A DNA stretch of 64,000 nucleotides from Camelus ferus. Its lineage: Eukaryota. The notes beneath the pieces were generated by a model. The model searched no databases. It had not been told where the DNA came from and saw only the letters and a program-made list of their open reading frames with translations. Both the position numbers and the translations under genes were made by a program. Positions 37,987-52,120 of the stretch are shown one piece after another. Positions within the stretch are counted from its first letter, which is position 1, and every line of letters begins with the position of its first letter. Where the stretch lies: the NCBI RefSeq assembly GCF_009834535.1, contig NC_045697.1, positions 72,232,001 to 72,296,000 of the forward strand. The letters are read 5' to 3'.

Positions 37987-38851
37987 CTTAACAAAACTTG
38001 TTATTTTCTTTTTTTTTTAAATTCTAGATATACCGGTGGATATGAGTGGTATGTCATATGGTTTTGATTTCCACTTTCCTAGTGACTAATGATGTGCATC
38101 TTTTCATGTACTTATTGGTCATTTTCTTCGGAGAAATGTCTGTTCAAATCTTTTACCTATCTTTAAATAGGGTTGCCTTTTTCATTACTGAGTTGTAAGA
38201 GTTTTTGATATATTCTGGACACTAGATCCCTATTAAATAGGGATTACAAATTTTTCTCCCATTCTATAGATTATCCTTTTGCTTTTGTGATAATGTCCTT
38301 TGACACACAAATGTTTTTAATTTTGATAAATTCCATTTTTTTTCTTTGGTTGCTTATGCTTTGGTGTCATATCAAAGAAAATGTTACCTAATCAAAATTC
38401 ACAAAAATTTACACCTATGTTTTCTTCTAAGAGTTCTATAGTTTTAGCTTTTACATTTTAGGTTAATTTTTGTATATGGTGTGAGGTAGAGGTCCAAATT
38501 CATCCTTTGACATGTGGATATCCAGTTGTTCTAGCACCATTTGTTCAAAACACTATTCTTTGTCCATTTTATTGTCTTAGCACCCTTGTAGAAAGTCAGT
38601 TGACCATAGATGTATGTGTTTATTTCTGGACTCTCAATTCTATTCAGTTAATCCATATGTTTGTCCTTATGTCAGTACCACTCTGCCCTGATCACTATAA
38701 CTTTGTCATAAGTTTTAAAAGCAGTAAGTGTGAGTCTTCCAAATTTGTTCTTCTTTTTCAAGATTATTTTGACTATTCTGGCTGCCTTGCATTTCCATAT
38801 AAACTTCAGGATCACTTTTTCCATTTCTCCAAAAATGGTAGTAGGAATTTT

Positions 38852-38919
38852 TTACAGAAGTATAGTCATAGTGTGTCGATTCCTGGTGCACAGCATAATG
38901 TTTCAGTCATATATATACA
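38852..38919 (-). mobile_element. 68-bp L1 3' tip with a 14-bp TSD
   Basis: TSD GTAGTAGGAATTTT at 38838-38851 and 38920-38933. The insert matches the reverse complement of the L1 tail at about 9100-9155. Confidence 0.85.
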
Positions 38920-41900
38920 GTAGTAGGAATTTTGATAGAAATTGTGTTGAATCTGTAGCTCAATTTGGGGAGTTCTGCTAGCTTAACAATAGTAAGTCTT
39001 ACAATCCATGAACACAGAATGTCTTTCCATTACTTTAACTTCCTTCAACAATGTTTTATAGTTTTCAGTGTGCAAGTCTTAAATCTCTCTGGTTAAATAT
39101 ATTCCAAAGTATTTTATTCTTTTTGATACTACTATAAATAGGATTGTTTACTTAATTTCATTTTCAAATTGTTTATTGATTAAAATACAACTGATATTTG
39201 TATACTAATCTTATATCCTACAAAGGTGCTGAGTTAATTCATTAGTCCTAATAGGTTTTTAGGTGTTTTTTTGTGTGTGTGTGTGTGGTTTTCTATATAT
39301 AAGATCGTCTCATCTGCAGATACAGTTTTTCTTCTTCCTTTCCAATGTGGATGCCTTTTATTTCATTTTCTTACCTAATTATGTTGGCTAAAATCTCCAG
39401 TACAATGTTGAATAGAAGTGGCATCTATTGAGATGATCATGCAGTTATTTTTCCTTTATTCTGTTAATATGGTACCTTACATTGATTGACTTTCATATGT
39501 TGAATCTTGCTGGTCTTGCAATCCTGGGATAAATTCCATTTCATTATGGTGTAAAACCCTTTTTCTATGCTGCTGGATTTGGATTGCTAGTATTTTTTTG
39601 AAGACAAGGGATACTGGTCTATAGTTTGCTTTTTTTTTAAATTGTAGTTATCTTTTCTTGGTATGTCTTTGTCCAGTTTCAGTATCAAGATAAAAATGTC
39701 TTCACAGAATGAATTAGGAAGTGTTTTCTCCTCTTCTATTTTCTGGAAGCATTTGTGAAGGATTCTGTTAATTCTTCCTTAAATGTCATTTTAGAATTCA
39801 CTAGAGAAGCATTTTTGTAGAGGGAAGTTTTTTTATTACTAACTCAGTCTCTAGTTGTTATAAGCCTACAGTTTTCTATTTCTTCTTGAGTCAGTTTTCA
39901 TAGTTTGCATCTTTCTAGGAATTTGTCCATTTTATCCAGTTTATATGACTTGTTGTCATACAATTGTTTATACTATTCCCTTATTTCCCTTTTTATTTCC
40001 ATAAGGTCAATAATAATCTTCCTTCTTTCATTCCTGATTTAGTAATTTGAGTCTTCTCTTTTTTTTTCTTGGCCAGTCTAGCTAAAGGTTTTTCAATTTT
40101 GTTGATCTTTTCAAAGAACTCACTTTTACTCTTGTTCATTTTCTCTACTATTCCAACAAGGCCTTTTTTCATGTGCAAAATCTCTGAAGTCTACTTTACT
40201 TAACTGCTGAAAATTGATGTTATAATTCAACCAAACACCTCAACAGTTGTATAATTTCCCTTATCTCAGTTGTGAAGGGATATAATATTATAGTTTAAAA
40301 AGCAGAAATCTGCTCCATTCATTGCCCTGAGAACTTGGGGAAAATACTTAACCTTTCTCAGTCTCTGCTTCCTCTTGCCTAAATGGAAATTAATTAGAGA
40401 TGCCTGGAGATGTTGTTAGACATGCACGAGAAGGTATACAAAACCACCTCAGGCCCAAGACCAGGTGTTCAGTAGACAGGCAAACAATGCTGACTGCCTG
40501 ACTATTAAAGTACATAATGCATATAAATATGACATACTAGTATATAATATACTATGCTAGTAATCTCACCTTCATTCCCCTCCTTTACCCACCTTATCCC
40601 CATCCTAAAAGCTCAGCATAGCCTGGATCTCCATCATGTCTCAGTGCTGCTTACCAAACAAGAAACTGTCCCAGGCTAGCAGGTAGCATCAACACCTGAC
40701 TCTCCAGCATATCCTGCTTTTTTCGCTTCATTCTTGTAATCAAGTTACTTGCACATGGGGAGTTAAAATGGACCCCTAAAGAATCTGAGTCTCTCAAGGA
40801 CATCCCCAAGCTTCCAGTCCTTATTAATGCTCATTAAATATGTGAAGAAGAAATGAAAGCACTAGAGGGGGCTATAAGCTAAGGGATTAGTAAAGACTGC
40901 CCAGAGCCCTGCCTCCTTCTAGGTTCCAGCAAGAGGTCACACTAGCAAAGTCAGTCACCTAACAGGTAGTTTAGATTTGTTCATGCAGATAGTCAGTCCT
41001 CAACCTAAGCAGCAAGGTCTGTGTGACACAGCTTAAAAGGGTGGGCCTAGGAATATAGGTTATTTAGAATATAATATAACAGAATAAAGTAGGAGAATGA
41101 AAGGTGAGGCAAGATTATTTTGGAATATTAGAAGAATTAAAGAGGTAAGAGAAAGAGAAGAGAGGAAAGGATCTAAATACAAAAAAAAACTTACTGCACA
41201 GATTTCTCAGTCAATATTTTTCTGAAAGTTGCACCAAAAGACTGCTTAACAGAGTATCTTAAAAAGTGGCACTCAGGCAAGTACCCTGTTCTTCAGAACA
41301 GTATGACAGACTATGAGGAAAAGGACTGGGAGTGGGAACAGAGAAAATGGAACAGAGATGTTACTTCTCATACACAGATTAAAGATGATTGTTCTAAAAT
41401 CAAAGAAGCAAGAGGGAAAACTTGTTAGTCTAATGCTTCCTGTCTGTACTCAGTCAAGAAAGTCCAACACTGAAAACAAACAAACAAAAATCAACCATAA
41501 TTATGATTTCTTTCATCTCAGATCCCATCTAGTATATCAGAAAGTCCCAGGGAAGAATTAAGAAGGACAAGTCCAATTCCGGGCCAATGCATGAGAGGAC
41601 ACTCGAGCTAAAGCAGCAGATAAAAGCCATCACCAACAAAAACCATCAACAAATAATCCTACTTGTACACCAGCTCCCAACCAGGTACCGCTGATGCTCA
41701 TGAGTTCAGAAAGAATAATTATTCCTGTTAGTTCTTTGAATGTGGTTTGAGGGAATAGATTAAGCAAGAGTATTAGAACGAACAGCTGGGAGGAGGAAAG
41801 CCACCATGGAGAACAACAGCTGAAAAGTTTCACTCAATCACAAACGAGGACCATTCCATTTCAGACATTAAAACTGAGACACTTTTATAGAAAATTGGCT

Positions 41901-42449
41901 ATGAAAAGCTAACTAGGATGAACTGCAACACTTTAAAAGGGACAGATATCAACATAATCCTTAAACTTCTGTTCTATGAGGTAAGTTTATAAATTATATA
42001 TCACACTGGCACAACCTCCCTAACTGATAAGATTACCATTGAAACATTAAAATTCTCTTCATGAGTTACCACCTCGCAAAAAAAGAGTATTCTTTTGGCT
42101 TACGGTTTTCTGCTTCAACTTGCATCCAGGGTTTTGTGTTTTCATACAGGAGAAAACTGCTGAGAGTGAGCATGAGTTTGGATAAAAATTGGTACATTCT
42201 TAGATGTGAAGATGCAAAAATTAAAATGTGATCATGTTTAACAAAAACGTCTGACCTCCTTCGGATCAACTCATATGACTGGGATTAGACTCTTCTCTCC
42301 CAGAATTTGAAACAAGTATAGTAAAAATATCAGATAAATAAGTAGCTGCTTTCCTATAGTCTTAAGTGTGTGTATTCATAGGTCCATGAAACAAAATAGG
42401 CAAATGAAAAACGTAAAATGTAAACGTTAAGGTGAAAATATTATCCAAA

Positions 42450-43025
42450 ATTTAGGTCAATTATTTTCTTTGCAAGTTAAACACAAATTTGCCACATAAT
42501 TCAGCAATTTCATTTACATATTTCTAACCATGAGAAATGAAATTATAGGTACAAAGATTTATATGCAAATATCCATAGCAGAAGAGTCAAAATGTGGAAA
42601 TAATCCAAATGTCCATCAACTGATGGATGGATAAGTAAAACATGATACATGCATACAAAAGAATACTATTTAGCAAGAAAGAGGAGTGAAGTGCAGATAT
42701 ATGCTGTAACACGGCAAGAACTTGGTGAAAGGAGCCACATACCAAAGATCATATATCGTATGATTCCAGTCACATGAAATGTTGAGAAAACTAAAATCTA
42801 CAGAAACGGAAAGCAAGTTAATGTTTGCCTGGGGTTGAAAGAGAGAAAGAAGAGTGATTGCGATTGGGCAAGAGGAATCTCTTTGTAGTATCAGAATGTT
42901 CTAAAATTGGATTATGGCAATGGTCACATGACTCAATAAGTACACTAGAAATCACTTAATTGTATACTTAAAACGAGTGACTTTTATGGTATGTCAATTA
43001 TATCTCAGTAGAGCTCTTTAAAAAT
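42450..43025 (+). mobile_element. Old L1M 3' end
   Basis: Motifs ccaaatgtccatcaactgatggatggataag and gttctaaaattggattatggcaatggt...attgtatacttaaa. Confidence 0.8.
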
Positions 43026-43029
43026 AATC

Positions 43030-44400
43030 CAGTAAGGTGCATAATGTAACATGAGCAGATTTTAAATGTACAACTCAGTGAATTTTAACATACGTATATA
43101 CCCATGTAACCAGTACCCAGATCAAGATACAAAACTTTTTTAGCACTCCAGCAAGTTTCCTTATAGCCTTTCCTAATTATAATCCACCATCTTCCTCTGC
43201 AAGGGTGTTTACCACTAATTTTCTCTAAACCATCTTGATTCATTTTGTCTATAGTGAAACTTCAATGTTTCTTTTGCTCAACATGTCTTTGAGATTCACC
43301 CAAACAGCTGATATCAGTAGTTCATTTTTTTTTTATTGCTGTGGAGTATTCCACTGTATAAATATTCCACAATTTTTTTATAAATTCTTCTGTTAAAGAA
43401 CATTTAGGTTGTTTCCAGTATGGAGCTATTATGAATAAAGCTGCAATGAACATTATTCTAGATGTCTGTTGGCAGATGTATGCACTCATTTTTCTTGGGT
43501 ACATAGCTAGGAGTAGAAATGCTGATTCAAAGAGGAAGCAAATGTTTAGCTTGGATAGAAACTGTCATAAAATTTTCCAGTGTTTAAACAAATTTCCACT
43601 CCTACTAACAATGTCTAAAAGTTCCAGCTGTCCCACCTCCTCACCAACAGTTGGTATGGTCAATCTTTCTAATTTTAGCCATTGTGCTAAAATTACATTG
43701 TGTACATAGGGTGTAGGAGCATCCTGGCATGGCTCTAATTTGTATTTCTTTGACTAAGAATGAAATTGAGCATATTTTCGTATACTTCCTGACCATCTGG
43801 TTAGCTTCTCTGAGGAAGTGCCTGTTCAAGGTTCTTGTCCATTTTTTAATAGGGTAGCTGTCTTTTTCTTACGGCTTTACAGAAGTTCTTTATTCTAAAT
43901 ACAAATCTTTTTATCAGATGTACATATTACAAACGTTGTACCCCAATCTGTGGTTTGCATTTTCTCTCTCTTAATGTTGCCTTTGATATGCAAAAGTCCA
44001 TAATTTTAATGAAGTCCAATTTATTTTTTTTTTCATAGTCAGTGTTTTTTATGTCCTGTTTAAGAAATCATTTTCCTGTACCAAGGTCATGAAGATATTC
44101 TCCTACGTTTTCTCCTAGAAGCTTTATTGTATTACATTTCACAGTTGAGTGTTTGATCACTGATCAAATTAATTTTTGTATATGGAGTCACAGTTCATTT
44201 ATTTCCCAGAAAGATACCCCCTTGATACAGTGCTGTTTACTGATAAGACTATCTTCTCCCACAAGATTGCAGTGGCACTGTGACCGTAAATCAGGTGACC
44301 ATACTATACATGAGTCTGTTTCTGGATTCTATTGTGTTCCATTGTCCCAGTTGATCCTTGGTAAACGCTATGGACTTAATTACACAACCCTGATAGTAAT
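43030..44400 (-). mobile_element. Old L1M 3' region
   Basis: Translates MFIAALFIIAPYWKQPKCSLTEEFIKKLWNIYTVEYSTAIKK on -. Confidence 0.85.
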
Positions 44401-44653
44401 TTTGAGCCAGGGAACATTTTAACACACAATTTGTTGTAGAACTTTGTAAGCTGTTCTTGTAAGAGAGATGAATGCCAAAAATTAACTATGTCAAGTCTTA
44501 CATGTCATCATGTATCTATTTTGAAGATCATTTTTTTAAATCAGCAAAATGAAAACCTGAATGTTTTTTCACCACACAAGGTTTACAGAATCTACGAGAT
44601 CTCTTTATGTTAACGGCAGCTACCTGTTGCACCCCAGAGTGAAAATGGCTTAC

Positions 44654-44818
44654 CTGAGTAAGATAAATAGTGTCTCTGAACATGCGTAATCGATCTGCAC
44701 TTTGGGGGAGTTTGAAGTGAAGTCTCGCCTGGTGGAGCATTTCAGAGTTACCATTTGCATGATGTTGTCGATGAAGTGAAAAATTGCTTTTGTAAAACCA
44801 ATCCTCTTCAGACGAAAC
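44654..44818 (-). CDS. MANBA: Beta-mannosidase exon 13 (165 bp)
   Basis: ctttacttgaaAG acceptor and GTAAGC donor. Translates [55 protein letters not shown]. Confidence 0.96.
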
Positions 44819-46428
44819 CTTTCAAGTAAAGAGTAAGTGGTTCAAATTGGGAAGTCAGGAATGAAACTGCTCTCCTTCACATCCCTGACAAACTTGAAAA
44901 GTACTACAAAGTGCGAAAGATCTCAGGGTTTGTTCTGTGACTCTTGATTTCACACGTATTTTTGCCATCATACTTGTTATTGGTCAAAGATCAGCCTTAT
45001 TCAAACCTAGAAAGTTACAATTCAATATTTCTATCAAAAGTCTTATCAAAACATTATTCTTGTTTTTTTAAACACTCATGTGCATTTTAAATGTCATTTT
45101 ATCTAAGTAAATAAACTGTCAAAACTGAATAATGAACTGAAATCAAAATTCTTTTTAAACCATCAATTCTTTGCAATAATACAATATCCTATTAAGATGG
45201 TAAATGCTTTAGCACTTGCTCATTTGTTTCTCAATGATTACTAAATAAACTTGATATATATATATACATACATGTTTAATTTTGACATAGTTGAAGATAC
45301 AAACCAAACAATGATACTTCTTTCCCCTAGTAATAATTTTTTTAACTTACAGAATCTTTCTTTTCCTTTGAGAAGCTATCATCAGGTCAAAGTAAAAAAT
45401 GAAAACAAATATCACACACATTAGCAGTGTACATATTACAGGGAAAAAAAGCAATAACTCTGTCTTCTAGACCTATGATTTAATGCAATGTTAGAATCTG
45501 ACAAATTATATCTGAAAAGATCAGAGGTTTAATCCAAGTTACACAAAGACTTTGGAAAAACTTACTCCACCCCACCGTAAAAAACCCTTGAAAATTACCT
45601 CCCCTCCAAAATGAAAAATACCTTGAAAATTAGAAAGCTTAATCTGTGTTCACAGAATATGACTTATAATTCCCAGTGACCATGCAATGCACAGACCAAT
45701 CATCATAAAAGGAAAGTTATTCTTTAGGAATTTATTTATACCAAAATAGAAGCAATGTACAGTAGCCATATTTAATGTGGGAATTTTCCCAGATTGTATC
45801 TGTTTTTTGAAACTATAACCACCAGACAATTTAGAGAACACTAATTACTCCTATTATTTATTTGAAGCAGAAGTATTAGTATTTAGTCATCTTGTTACAT
45901 TTGAGATACACATACATTTACTAATAGTCTTCCCTTCTTTCTAGGTGTCTTCCTTTCCAAGTCTGAAACACATCTGTGGGCCTCTCAGCCCTCTGACTGG
46001 TAATTATTTGAATATCCCATAATCTTAAACCTGATCTGTTATGTGGAAAGCTTTCTATCTTCTGATAGCTATGGTTTGGGATTCTTGTGAATTTCAGCTG
46101 TAACAGTGTTACCAGAAAGAATTAGAAAATGTCAAGTAAGGTTCTAATTGCTTTAAGAGTATTAACTCATTTAATTCTCCTAACAACCCTATGAGGAGAT
46201 ACCATTATCACCCTATGTTACAGATGAGAAAACCAGGCATGGAAAGGCTAAGTAATTTGCCCAAGATCCAAGCTAGTGAGTGTAATCTAGATCCAACTTT
46301 CAAATAAACCATGTGGCTAGAATGAACTACATATAGTAATAATAGCTTACATTTTATGGGCTCATCACTATGTGTCAAGAACTACACCAAGTGTTTCAAT
46401 GTATTAATAAACTTAATCTTTACACAGA

Positions 46429-46512
46429 TCACACACACACATGCATACCTGCATGTGCACACATACACATGCATACCTGCATGTGCACACACACACACAC
46501 ACACACACACAC
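46429..46512. repeat. Compound (CA)n microsatellite with a duplicated 28-bp palindromic unit, inside a MIR
   Basis: ACACATGCATACCTGCATGTGCACAC occurs twice, flanked by CA runs. Confidence 0.9.
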
Positions 46513-47559
46513 CCTCCTTGAATTTACAGGTGAAGACACTGAAATTCAAGAAGGATAAACAATTTGTTCAAGGCAATATAGCTAGTGTGTAGAAGTTCCA
46601 GTATTCAAATCCTGATCTGTTCATTCCAAAACCCAACCTTTCAATCACTGTGCAACATGGATAATCTCCTGTTGGAAATATGATTGCTTTATGAAGAAGT
46701 AACGTATCCCAAACCAGAGAAAGACATTTAAACATATTTGTTGAATACATGAAAAAAGCTCCAAAGAAAAGAGCCAAAGTTTTATGTAAAGATTTTCTTT
46801 TGATTTCTTTTATTTTCCCAATGCCTATTCAAATCCTCAACTAAGCAATGTAGCTTGAAAAGAGGCAACAACTAACTTGAGGGTTCATAAGAAACAGAAC
46901 TTAATCTCCACCTTTCTCTCTTTTAAAATACAGTGTTTAGCATCTTTGAACATCATCAGGCATTTCACAAAAACATGGTAATTCCATTATTTTCAGGAGA
47001 TAAATAGAAATAGTTATAGATTTAAGAAAAAGGTTCAGCAGTTTCTAACACTCATCTTCCTGAAATGAAGTGAAAACAAAATAGATCAATTCTGGAGTCA
47101 GACAATAAGCTTGTATACAGATATGCTACTTACTATTCGGGAACACTGATAAAACTCTCACTCCCTAGTGCCTTGGTTTCCTCCTAGGTCACAGTTAAAG
47201 TGCAGGGGGGTGGATTATTGTTAAATGATATACCTGGTACAGAGGATATGCTCAATAAATTATTTGCTTCTTTTATTCCTTCCTCCCATTCTCAACACTT
47301 GTTCCTATCTGAGTCAAGATACTTAACTCCATCCTCTTTCACTGTGGAACAACAGTATTTCTGAAAGACTGGCCCCACAATATGGGAGTAATAAAAAAGG
47401 GGTTAGAACTAAGGTTATGACATTACTTATTAAAGTTAAAAATACAATATAACTTCAACATGTAGGAATAAATATAGTTGTGTTCAGGTGGTGAGACTAA
47501 GGAAGGCTTCTAAATTCTATTACAAAAATTTTTGTAGTTACTTCACACAAGTGATGCGA

Positions 47560-50312
47560 AGAGGAAAAAATTACATAATCATTTCAATAGATGAAGAAAA
47601 AGCATTTGACAAAACCCAACACTCTTTCATGATATAAACACACAACAAATGAGGAATAAAAGGGACTTTCTTTAACCTGATAAAAGGCATGCATGAAAAA
47701 CCTACAGTTAACATCATACTAAATAATGAAAAGAATATCTCCAAAAAAAAAAAAAAAAAAGAAATCTCCCTAAGAAAAGGAATGAGTAAAGATTGTCTGC
47801 TCTTACCACTTCTATTCTACACTGTACCAGAGGTTTTAACCAGGGCAAATTAGGCAAGAACACTAAAAAAAAAGCATTCAGTTTGGAAAGGAAAAACTAA
47901 AACTACCTCTATCTGCAGATGACATGCTCTTACATACAGAAAACCCTAAAGAATTCACACACACCAAAAAAAATTTAAAAAAGAAGAAAATCTATTAGAG
48001 GTAATAAATGAGTTCTGCAAGGTTGCAGAATATAAGTTCAGTATACAAAAGTCAATTGGATCTTTGTGCACTAACAATAAACAATCTGAAAATAAAATTA
48101 AGAAAATAATCCCATTTATAACCGCACCACCAACAACAACAAAAAAAAAAACCCTGAGGAGTAAATTTAACCAAAGAAGTATAAGACTTGTTCACTGAAA
48201 ACTACAAAAGTGTTGAAAGATATTAAAGAAGATATCACGTGTTCATGGACCAGAAGACTCAGTATTGTTAAGATGGCAATACTTTGCAAACTGATCTACA
48301 GATTCAACACAGTCCCTATCAAAATCCCAGCTGGCTTTTTTGCAGAAACTGGCAAGGTGATCCTAAAGTTCATATGGAAATGCAAGGAACCCAGAACAGT
48401 CAAAACAATCTCAAAAAGAAGATCGAAGTTGGTTGATTCACACTTCCTGATTTCAAAATTTACTACAAAGCTATAATAATGATAACAGTGCAAATTAGTA
48501 TATAATTGACACATGCAATGGAACAGAATTGACAATCCAGAAATAAACCTTAACATTTATGGTCTACTGATTTTTGACAAAGGAGTCAAGAGATTCAATA
48601 GAAGAAAGAATAATGTTTTCAATAAATGGTGTGGGGACAATTGGCTGTCCACAATTATATACCAACCTCACACCGTTCAGAATAATTAACTCAAAATGGA
48701 CCATAGCCCTAAATATAAGAGCTAAAACTAAAGGTCAACACAGGAGTAAACTTTTGGGATTTTAGTTTAGGCAATGGTTTCTTAGATACAACATCAAAGC
48801 ACAAGAGACAAAAGAGAAGATTGATAAGTAGAGCTTCAAAATTTAAAAATGTTGTCCAGTCCATTGAATAACACCATCAAGTAAGCAAAAAAAGAAAACC
48901 CACAAATTGGGGGAAATGTTTGCAAATCATATATTATATAGGTGGTATTTTTTTTTATAAATATGTTATGGTATTTTTATAAACTCTTACAATAAACTCT
49001 TATAATTCAATAATAAAAAGACAAAGAACCTAATTAAAATATGGGCAAAGGATCTGAATACACATTTCTCCAAAGAAGATATAGAGAGCCAATAAGCACA
49101 TAAAAAGATGTTCAACATGATTAGCCATCAAAGAAATGCAAACTTCCTGTAAATGTAAATTTCCAGGGCAATGGGGGAAAAAAGGAGACAACAAGTGTTG
49201 GCAACGATGTGGAGAAACTGGAACTCCTATATGTTGCTAGTGGGAGTGTAAATGGTACAGCCACTATGGAAGAGTTTGGCAGTTCCTTGGAATGTTAAAC
49301 TTAGAGTTACCATATAACCCAGCAATTCTACTCCCAGGTATATACTTAATAGAACTGAAAATGTGTATTCACACAAAAATATGTACATAGCAGCATTATT
49401 CATAATAGCCAAAAGGAGGGAATAACACAAATGTATATCAACTGATGACTGGATAAACAAAATGTGGTATATCCATAAATGGAATATTATTCAGCAATAA
49501 AAAAGACATACTAATACATGATACAACATGGATGAACTCAAAAACTTTATGCTGAGTGAAAGAAGCCAGTCTCAAAAGATCACATATGGCAACATGGAGG
49601 GACCTAGAGATTATCATATTAAGTGAAGTAAGTCAGAAAGAGAAGGACAAATATCACATGATCTTGCTTATATGTGGAATCTAAAGAAAAAAAAAAAAAA
49701 AGAAAGATACAAATTTTATTTACAAACCAGAAATAGACTCATGGATGGACATAGGAAACAAACTGTGGTTACCAGGGAGGAAAGAATGGGGAGAGGCATA
49801 GATTAGGAGTTTGGGATTAACAGATACACATTACTATATATAAAACAGATAAACAACAAGGACTTACTGTATAGCACAGGGAAATACATTCAATTTCTTA
49901 TAACAAGCCATAATGGAAAAGAAACTTAAAATATATATATGTATGCATGAATATGCATAACTGAACTGCTTTGCTGTATACCTGAAACTAACACTGTAAA
50001 TCAACTACACTTCAATAAAAAGTAAGAATTTTTTTAAATCACATATGATATGATTCCAATTATATGAAATGTAAGAATAGACAAATATATAGACACATAA
50101 AGCAGATGAGTAGTGCCTAGAGCCGGGGTGGGACAGATGGAGTGAGGAGTGACTGCTAATACAGAGAGCACAGAGGTAATTAAAATGTTCTAAAATTAGA
50201 TCATGGTGATGGCTGCACAACTGTGATATTCTGAAAACCATTAAACTGTACACATTAAATGGGTATGTTGTGTGGTCACTGAATAACATCTCAATAAAGC
50301 TGTTTAAAAAAA
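47560..50312 (+). mobile_element. Older L1 ORF2 and 3' UTR
   Basis: Translates [34 protein letters not shown], and ends ctcaataaagctgtttaaaaaaa. Confidence 0.9.
49589..50037 (+). mobile_element. Younger L1 3' UTR nested in the older L1
   Basis: TSD ATCACATATG at 49579-49588 and 50038-50047. Same 3' UTR type as the L1 at 8548-9181. Confidence 0.85.
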
Positions 50313-50888
50313 AGAACACAGGTAGGTCTGAAACAGAATCCATCTATGAAGCTGACTCTTCAGGAACAGAGAAAGTGGAATGCTATCCTGAAAATCAAAT
50401 ACACCAACATGACAGGAAAAAAAAAAAAAAAAAGGAAGAGGAGGAAGAGGAGAGAAGATAAAAGGAATGATACAATAACATCAGATAAAGGTTTATTTAT
50501 CACATCTATTTCTCTTTCTGTAGCAAACTATCCAGCTCTAAATGTCTGTAAACGATAAAAACAGAAAACGATTGTAGGGTATATAGAAAGTAGCAGGTGA
50601 AAGAAATTTTCATGTGTGATAAGTCAGGCTTAAGCAACCACTGACTCCCATTTAATTTTTAAATGCCCTTGAAGAACATAATTAAAAGCAATATAGAAAG
50701 TGATAATCCCCCAAAAGATGACCCCAAGGGTTTAGCACCCCAAAGGTTAAAGAAACAAGTTCTTTCCTATTATCTCCTTCATTAACTTTCATTTAAATAG
50801 GAAGTAGATTTCATGTGACTTTCTGAACCACAGTGAGGAGGCGGTATGCCTACCACTCTGAATCCTGGGGAAATCAAGGTTGGCTTAC

Positions 50889-51107
50889 CTTTTCTAATGT
50901 ACTGAAGGAGGGCCAGGACTGATATCCATACTCAGATGCAAATCGAGCTTTGGGGAAAATTGTCCAGTCCCAGCAATCTCCAGTATAGTCATAAAAGTGT
51001 ACATCACCAAAATGCGTGTCATATGGGTTTTTAGCGACCCAGCCTTCTGCAACGGATTGGGCCCCATTCGTAGGACTAGATGTGATGAAAGGACGGGTCT
51101 GGTCTCC
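50889..51107 (-). CDS. MANBA: Beta-mannosidase exon 12 (219 bp; contains GH2 nucleophile Glu in ASEYG)
   Basis: ctcAG acceptor and GTAAGC donor. Translates [73 protein letters not shown]. This frame is not in the ORF track. Confidence 0.97.
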
Positions 51108-51405
51108 CTGAGTTCAGAAATAAAATTAAAACATAAAGGTAATATTTTCACCCAGTAAAGTACAGATCACTGACTTCTTTAAAAATACTATCAAGTCCCA
51201 AATGCCGAGTAGCTGATAGAAAAATAATAAAGCCACTTACCTTCTGCATTTGACAACCACCAGCACCTTTCTGCTCTTCACCAATCCTTTCATCCTTTCA
51301 TAATGAACTTTAGCTTAGTCCTTAAAGCAGCTGTTCCTCATCTTTTTCAATCGTGTCTTGCCTATATCTGACCTTCCGCCATCATGGATAGGATACAGTC
51401 CAGTG

Positions 51406-51641
51406 CAGAATTTCTCAGCCTTGGCACTAGTGGCATTTGGGGCCTGATACTTTTTTGTTTTGTGTGTGTATGGCTGGGGATGGGGGGAGGTCTTTCACAT
51501 TCTAAGCTGTTAGTGGCATCCCTGGTCTCTACCCACCAGACGCCAGTAATACCTTCCCCGCCCCCTCAAAAATATGTCTGCAGACACTGCCAAATGCCCC
51601 CTCGTACCTCGGGAATAAAATCACTCCTACTTGAGAAACAA
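51406..51641 (-). mobile_element. MER20 (hAT-Charlie)
   Basis: tttctcagccttggcactagtggcatttggggcc...ctgcagacactgccaaatgcccc...aaaatcactcctacttgagaa. Confidence 0.8.
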
Positions 51642-51899
51642 AGGTCTAACAGTTAAGAATAGAGGCTATTGAGGCAGATAGATGTAAGTTTAAATCCCAA
51701 ATTAGAACCCTATTGTTTGGGGACAGGTCTAAGCTTCAGTCGTCTTGTCTATAAGATGGAGATAATAGTGCCTCATCCTTGCGCTATTTCAAATGGTAAA
51801 AAAGAAAAAAAATGTGTGGAAGAGATGGGTAAGTGTCCACCAAAATTCATGTTCTCGGTTCTGTAAGGGAGAGCTGTTCCTAGGAAGTGGCTCCCTAAC

Positions 51900-52120
51900 C
51901 AATTTGCATGTCTGTGGGGCCACATTCTCAATTTCTTCCCCAGTTTATAGGCAAAGGAGTAGGAGACGGTGGGGCTGGAAGATGGAAGGAGCCTGGATCC
52001 CTAAAAGGAGCAGCAGCCTGCCCATCAGGGACAGGCATTTTGTAGCATTTGTGAGTAAGAAAGAGACTGTTACCATGTAACCCCCGAAAGTCCATGCTTT
52101 CTCTACTACAGCAGCCACCA
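51900..52120 (+). mobile_element. MLT1-like LTR fragment
   Basis: aagatggaaggagcctggatccct...tgtgagtaagaaa...tacagcagcc. Confidence 0.5.

Larger units (their letters stand above)
36860..40150 (-). mobile_element. Older L1 (L1MA/L1MB-like) with nested MLT2 and a tiny younger L1 tail
   Basis: Continuous reverse-complement L1 3' UTR and ORF2 remnants, including [17 protein letters not shown] on -. Confidence 0.88.

Noticed and set aside
40859..40874. CTCF-like motif GCACTAGAGGGGGCTA
   Set aside because: It mismatches at two conserved core positions and cannot be supported without ChIP data.
41300..42300. Possible processed pseudogene or hidden exon in unique intronic DNA (also 58100-58980)
   Set aside because: I could not recognise any protein similarity, TSD or poly(A) tail. 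A BLASTX search would be needed to exclude it fully.
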